A stretch of DNA of 64,000 bases, from contig NC_052157.1 of assembly GCF_902713615.1 (NCBI RefSeq), positions 61,158,146 through 61,222,145 on the forward strand, read 5' to 3'. Below the pieces are notes generated by a model. That model searched no databases and had not been told where the DNA came from. It worked only from the letters and a program-made list of their open reading frames with translations. Numbering within the stretch: the stretch's first letter is position 1; the number at the start of each line of letters is the position of its first letter. Below, piece by piece: positions 58,551-64,000 of this stretch. Source of the stretch: Scyliorhinus canicula. Its lineage: Eukaryota. Both the position numbers and the translations under genes were made by a program.

Positions 58551-59216
58551 TATAGCTGATGGGTTTCTGACCGAAAGTTTAAATACCTTTCCCTCCGGAA
58601 TATCTGTCCATTTGGCAAGTGAAAATGTCTTAGAGGCAACAGACAGGGATGACATAACAGGCTTCAGATAACAGAACCTGTCGCATTTTCAGGATATACA
58701 CACACACTGAATTGCCTAGCTGAATGAGGCTTTTATTAAACCAAAAGGCTGTTTATGATCCCCATCGATTCAAGGCCTTAGACCAGGTGAATGAAGGACA
58801 GATAATTATCATGGGAATGCTAATCCGTCAAGACGACTTGACTCTTCCTCTTTTGTTATTAGCTATTGTTATTATCCAACACTATGCATCAACTAAAATA
58901 TATACAGGGAGTGGTGTGGAAGTTCACATTCTGAACTGTGATTAATGCCATACATTTATGTTGTGAATTCACTCTGTATAACCTTTATAAATGGTAATCA
59001 TGAATACACACTTATATCAAGGTCACACCTTGTATAACATTAACTATAATTCGTATTATAATCTAATACACCAAGCATTATAAAATATTCTGTGAATTTG
59101 GAATGGTAACCATGTTATGCTTTGTATTCAAAGTAAAATGGTTTTGGGCAGCTTTTAGGCTCACAGTAAGAATTAGTTGGGGCCTCATGGCCAGATAGTG
59201 ATCAGAGAGAGACCTT

Positions 59217-61335
59217 GGGCGGGATTCTCTAAAAATAGGGCTATATCCCCACACCGGTGTGAAAACCGGCGGCAACAATTCCGGCGCCAACGGACCCCGC
59301 AAGTGAGGAATTCCCGCGCATGAGCGGAATGGCCGGCGTATTTCTGCGCATGCTCGGGGGTTCCCTTCTCCACGCCAGCCACCGGGCAATATGGCAGAGC
59401 CCATAGGAGCCCAGAGTGGAGTAAAGGAAAGTATGCCCCCATGGAACCAGCCCGGCTGCCGATCGATAGACCCCGATCACGAGCCAGGCCACCGTGGGGG
59501 TCCCCCCCCTTTGTCAGATCGCCCGCCTCCTCCTCCGGGATGGCCCCGCACACTTACCATCCAGGTCCTCCCCTGTGGGAAGTGAGTAATCCACGCCGGT
59601 GGGACTGGGTCAAACCCATCGGCCACTCGACCCGAAGAATCGCCAGGGGTGGGGGGCACTGAAAAACGGCGCCGCAGAATGGGGAAGCCAGCGTCAGGGC
59701 GGCGGCATGATTCTTGCGCTCCCCCGGGGATTCTCTGACCCGGCGCCGGGAGTTATCTCCAGTTGCACCCCTGTCCCATGGGGTAACCGGGGGGGCCATC
59801 GTGCACCCAAGGACGGAGGAGGTGGTGGGGCCCTTTCTGATGATCCCCACTGAAGCAGTGATGGAACACCACAGCGGCTCTGACTTTGCCCCCCTATTGT
59901 CCTTGGCGCATCTGGTGGGTGGTGGCAGAACAAGGTGGCACCACCCCAATTGGGATACCTGGGTGACAGTTGGGCCCATCGAGGTCCGGTTGTTCCAAAA
60001 GACGGTCGCCAAAGGGGCTCCAGGTCACAGGGCGAGATTTGTAGCTGGCCACCTCCACTACTGATGTACTGCCTGGGAATCCACCTCGCTGTAGTGTTTG
60101 GGCCTGTAAGGCCAGAAGGGTAGACACCAATGAAGATGGCGGGGGAAATCCCTGGGATAGCATTAGGGGCTAGGGCACAAACCTTCATCGTGATGTTCAC
60201 ATGTTCATTGTAAAATAAATACCTGTGCACAAAAGTTTCAAACTGCCTCGGTGCTCTGGCAGCACAGTGTGAGGGATAGGCTGGGCTGGGTTGGGCATGG
60301 CTACGCTAGCCTGGCTGGGGTGTGTCCTGGGGAGGGAATTGGAGAAGGGCAGATAGTGCAGGTGGTCAAGGGTTGGGGCCCCCAGGTCGGAGCCGCACAT
60401 GCCCTGGTATCCTGCCTCTCCCAGTCCCTCTCGCCCGCCCCTCCCTCTTACCCTGTCCCCACCTCTGCCACCTCAAGGGTTCGGTGGGACAATGTGATGG
60501 AATGGCCAGCTCGCATGCAGGGCTCACTGAGATGGACATTGGAAATGCTACTGTGGGCAGGAATCAGACATTGTCAATGGATGCAGAGTATCAGAGCTCA
60601 TTGCAGATTGGGTCATCATCATCCTCCAACCCATGGACTACCAATCTAGGGACTGCATCCGCAGGCAGGAATCACGGAGGGGGTTGCAGGGGCGGAGGGA
60701 TAGTGTAGGACGGGTGGTCATGGAGTTGGTGGTTGCCCGTGGCTGGGATGTTCGTGCCATCAGCCAGACCCCCTATTTGGTGAACCTGGAGGCGATTAGA
60801 GTGTCCTGGGCCCAGGCGAGATCTGACGTTCATCACCCTCCTCTGGCATGTCTCCCCTCTGCTGTGCGATGTTGTGGAGGACATAGCAGGCCACCACGAT
60901 GTGTGAGGCTTTCCTGGCATTATACGACAGGGCCCTCTTCAGAGTGGTCCAGGCACCTGAACTGTAACTTCAGGATGGCGAAACACCGCTTGATCATGAC
61001 ACTGGGTATAGCATGGGTGTTGTTATAGCGGGTCTCCACAACCGCAACGATGGCCCCTGTTGCCCAAGAGCTAACGCCTCACCCGGAGGCACTTCATAGG
61101 TGTCAAGAATGGTCAATAGTGCCAGGATGAAGGTGTAGTGCACACTGCCAGGGTATCGGGTGCGTACATGCATGATGTGCAGCTCATGGCTACACACTAG
61201 CTGCACGTCCATCGAGTGGAACCCCTTTCGGTGACGGCCTGTTCTTGTAGGCGATCACTCCCTGTACCTGGGGCATCCTGATGATGGCAGCGAACCCCGC
61301 TGCCTGGGCATCCTGGTGAGCCTGGTCCTCAAGTT
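59217..61335 (-). mobile_element. PIF/Harbinger DNA transposon remnant with transposase pseudogene at about 61335-60850
   Basis: AAGFAA..MPQVQGVI, KGFHSMDVQLVC..YPGSVH, RYN..KRCFAILKLQFRCLD and ACYVLHNIA motifs. TIR GGGCGGGATTCTC at 59217. Confidence 0.85.
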
Positions 61336-61649
61336 AAATGAAGCGATTGTTGTAAAAATCCACCTGGTTCATTAATGTCATTTAGGGAAGAAAACTCACC
61401 ATCGTTGCCCGGACTACATGTTACTCCAGATCCACAGAAATGTGGCTGACTCTTAAATGCAATTAGAAATGGGCAATAAATGCTGCCCTAGCCAGCAATG
61501 CTGACATACCATGAAAGAGTAGAGCAAAAAATACCCCACACTAATCCCTCTTGTATTCGACTTCCTATATCTTGCCAATCCGAAAATAACCCAACTGCTA
61601 TCTGCTTCCTGTTAGCTATCTAATCCATTATCCATGCTGATTTGATATT

Positions 61650-62000
61650 CCCACAACAAGGGCTCTTATTTTGTGCTGTAACCTTTGATGTGGCACCATG
61701 TCAAATGCCTTTGGGAAACCCAAGCACACCACATCTATGGATTCCCCTTTATCCACTTGTTTGTGACTTCCTTGAAGAACACTCTTAAATTAGTCAAGTA
61801 AGATTTCCCTTGCACAAAACCATGGTGACTTTGCCTGACTGCATTATGATTTTCTGACTATCCCTCCTTAAGAAGGGATTGTAATATTTTTCCTATCGAA
61901 GATGTTAGTCGAACTGGCCAATAGTTTCCTCCTTTTTTTGAAGAGCAGTGTTATATTTATGATTTTCCAATCTGCTGAGACTTTTCCAGAATGCAGGGAA
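61650..62000 (-). mobile_element. CR1 RT fragment
   Basis: Degenerate ADWKIINITLLFKK and KAFDMVPH motifs on the minus strand. Confidence 0.7.
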
Positions 62001-62294
62001 TTTGGGATAGTTCCAACAATCCCCACAGCCAATTTGAGGACATGATGCTGCAGCTCTGGGGACGTGTCAGCCTGGTGTGGTGACAGTGAATGAGTTATGT
62101 GAATGGCAGGCCTTTTAACTTTTCTCACTCCTCAGCAGCACTTTGCTCGATCAATCCTTCTAACATGTAATAACTCAAGCCTTATCGAGTGAGAAGTGGG
62201 AACAAGCCACGCTTTAACCTTAGTGTCCTGTATACTACCGATGTGACTAGGGAGTAATTACAACACCTGAATCAGTAAATGGAGAAAGTTATAC

Positions 62295-62427
62295 CTGGCT
62301 CATTTTGGGACGAGTAGGAATTATTTCGACATATTTTGATTTCTTTGCCTTTGGTTTCATTGACATAATTTCAGACTGCTCCTCTGGGTTCGCCTTTCTG
62401 TTCTGGTTTGTTCCATTTTGCACTGGC
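62295..62427 (-). CDS. Internal coding exon of the minus-strand gene (PVQNGTNQNRKANPEEQSEIMSMKPKAKKSKYVEIIPTRPKMSQ)
   Basis: Acceptor TTTAAACTCCGTTTTCAG with a long pyrimidine tract, donor CAG|GTATAA, 133 nt, phase 2 to 0, hydrophilic. Confidence 0.72.
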
Positions 62428-62859
62428 CTGAAAACGGAGTTTAAAGCAAAATTACAAGACAGTGAAATAATCAGACAGGTTCAGATTGCAACAACTGAGA
62501 TTGCAAATAGATTATAACATTTTAATTTTCGTAGCTGGTTCACTGTCTGAAATGCAGCTAATTTTCTAACTATCCAATGGTGTTAAGTTCAGGAACATGA
62601 ATAACTGGGAAAAGGATGAGTCAGGACTTCAGGAAAACAAGGACAAATTGGAAGATTGGAGAGAGAGATGACATTTAGCGCAGAGATTTCAGAGATGATA
62701 CTTTTCAGCAGGAGAAAAAAGGAGACAATCCAGACCATTCACCCATCGTGCCAGTGCTGCCTCTTTAAAAGCTCGGTCCACTTCATCCCCACTCTCCCTA
62801 GGCCCCTTCACTCTCTCCCTGTAGCCCAGCAAATGGTGGAGTGATGGAAATTGGAGGAA

Positions 62860-64000
62860 TGCAAAAATCTGGAGGGTCGTAGGGGCTGGAGGCAGTTACA
62901 TAGATACAAAAGGTTGTAGGGGCTGGAGGAGATTAGAGACAGGGAGGGTTGTAGGGGCTGGAGTTTAGAGAGATGGGGAGGCTTGCAGGTGTTGGAGGAG
63001 GTTGGGGAGATAGGAAGGGTTGTTAGGGGCTGGAGGGGATTAGAGATAGACAGCATTGTCGGGGCTGAAGGGGATTAGAGATAAAGAGAGTTGTTGGGGC
63101 TGGAGGGGGTTAGAGAGATGGGAGGCTTGTAAAGGCTGGCGGACATTACAGAAATAGGGAGGGTTATAGAGGCTGGAGGAGGTTACAGAGAATGTGAGGG
63201 TTGAGGGTCTAGAGGAGGTTACAGAGATAGGGAGTCATAGTCATAGTATAGAGCCATAGAATTTACAATGCAGAACGAAGCCACTCGGCATTTCGAGTCT
63301 GCACCGGCCTTTGGAAAGTGCGCCCTTCTTAAACACTCGCCTCCACCCTATCCCCATAACCCAGTCACCCCATCCAACCTTTTTCGACGAGGAGGCACTA
63401 AGGGGCAATTTAGCATGGCTAATCCACCTAACCTGCACATTTTTGGACTGTGGAAGGAAACTGGAGCACCCGGAGGAAACCCACACAGACACGGGGAGAA
63501 AGTGCAAACTCCACAAAGTCACCCCAAGGCCGGAATTGAACCTGGGACCCTAGAGCTGGGAGACAGCAGTGCTATTGGTGCCACCCCATCGTGCCACCAT
63601 GCCAGAGGGTTGTAGGAGGTCACAGAGATGAGGACAGCTGCAGGGGTTGGTGGATGTTGCAGAAATACGGAGGTTTGTAGGGGCTGGAGGGGCTTTGAGA
63701 GATGGGGAAGTTTGTTGGGGCTGGAGGAGGTTCTAGAGATGGGGCACAGTTTTGGAGCTGGGTGAGAATACAGAGATAGGGAAGGGTGTAGGGCTGAAGG
63801 TGGTAACAGAGATAGGGAGGGTTTTAGAGGCACTATGGTTGCAGAGATGGAGAGGGTTGCAGGGGTTTATGGAGGTCACAGAGATAGGGAGAGGTGTAGA
63901 GGATGGAGGAGGTTACAGATATAGGGAGGGAATAAAGGGTCTGGAGGAGGTTACATAGATAGGGAGGCTTGTAGGGGCTGGAAGATGTTACAGAGATAAG
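62860..64000. repeat. Purine-rich minisatellite, about 37-bp unit (GAGATAGGGAGGGTTGTAGGGGCTGGAGGAGGTTACA-like)
   Basis: Tandem degenerate units running to the window end, interrupted by a SINE. Confidence 0.85.
63235..63603 (-). mobile_element. HE1-like V-SINE
   Basis: V-domain and CATAG-repeat tail. Confidence 0.87.

Noticed and set aside
45649-58555. (LIIDTERC)n and (SIIKHRSV)n ORFs as repeat proteins, or the array as CRISPR
   Set aside because: A 24-bp unit without stops gives ORFs automatically. There are no unique spacers, no cas genes, and the context is eukaryotic.
58724-58945. 73-aa ORF with a hydrophobic stretch
   Set aside because: No convincing splice signals or homology, and it is antisense to the intron of the minus-strand gene.

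Overview
Vertebrate genomic DNA, most likely from a shark or ray (inferred from HE1-like V-SINEs and CR1 LINEs with short tandem tails). Most of the window is transposon-derived, and I see no CRISPR arrays, rRNA genes or bona fide tRNA genes. Two convergent host genes can be reconstructed by eye. (1) A + strand B7/butyrophilin-like type I membrane protein with a single IgV domain, with exons at about 5974-5994, 6239-6296, possibly 15607-15645, 16334-16666, 19495-19597 and 22362-22539. (2) The last two coding exons of a - strand gene, probably a receptor tail carrying tyrosine motifs (62427-62295 and 44747-44646), separated by a 17.5-kb intron filled with a 24-bp minisatellite, two CR1 LINEs and a Harbinger remnant. 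Mobile elements include a full-length Ty3/Gypsy element (968-5294, TSD AAAAC), several nested Mag-like Gypsy elements, Penelope-like elements carrying hammerhead ribozyme motifs, a FLYWCH-MULE with a 9-bp TSD, Harbinger MITEs, three large CR1 LINEs and about 14 SINEs. The most notable signals are these. The first Gypsy element has no tRNA primer-binding site; instead it has a perfect 13-nt complement to its own LTR in self-priming geometry, plus a YLDN RT motif. The Penelope hammerheads show a U3:A8 core covariation. The MULE carries tandem palindromes upstream of its transposase. Coordinates were counted by hand and TE boundaries without a TSD are approximate.
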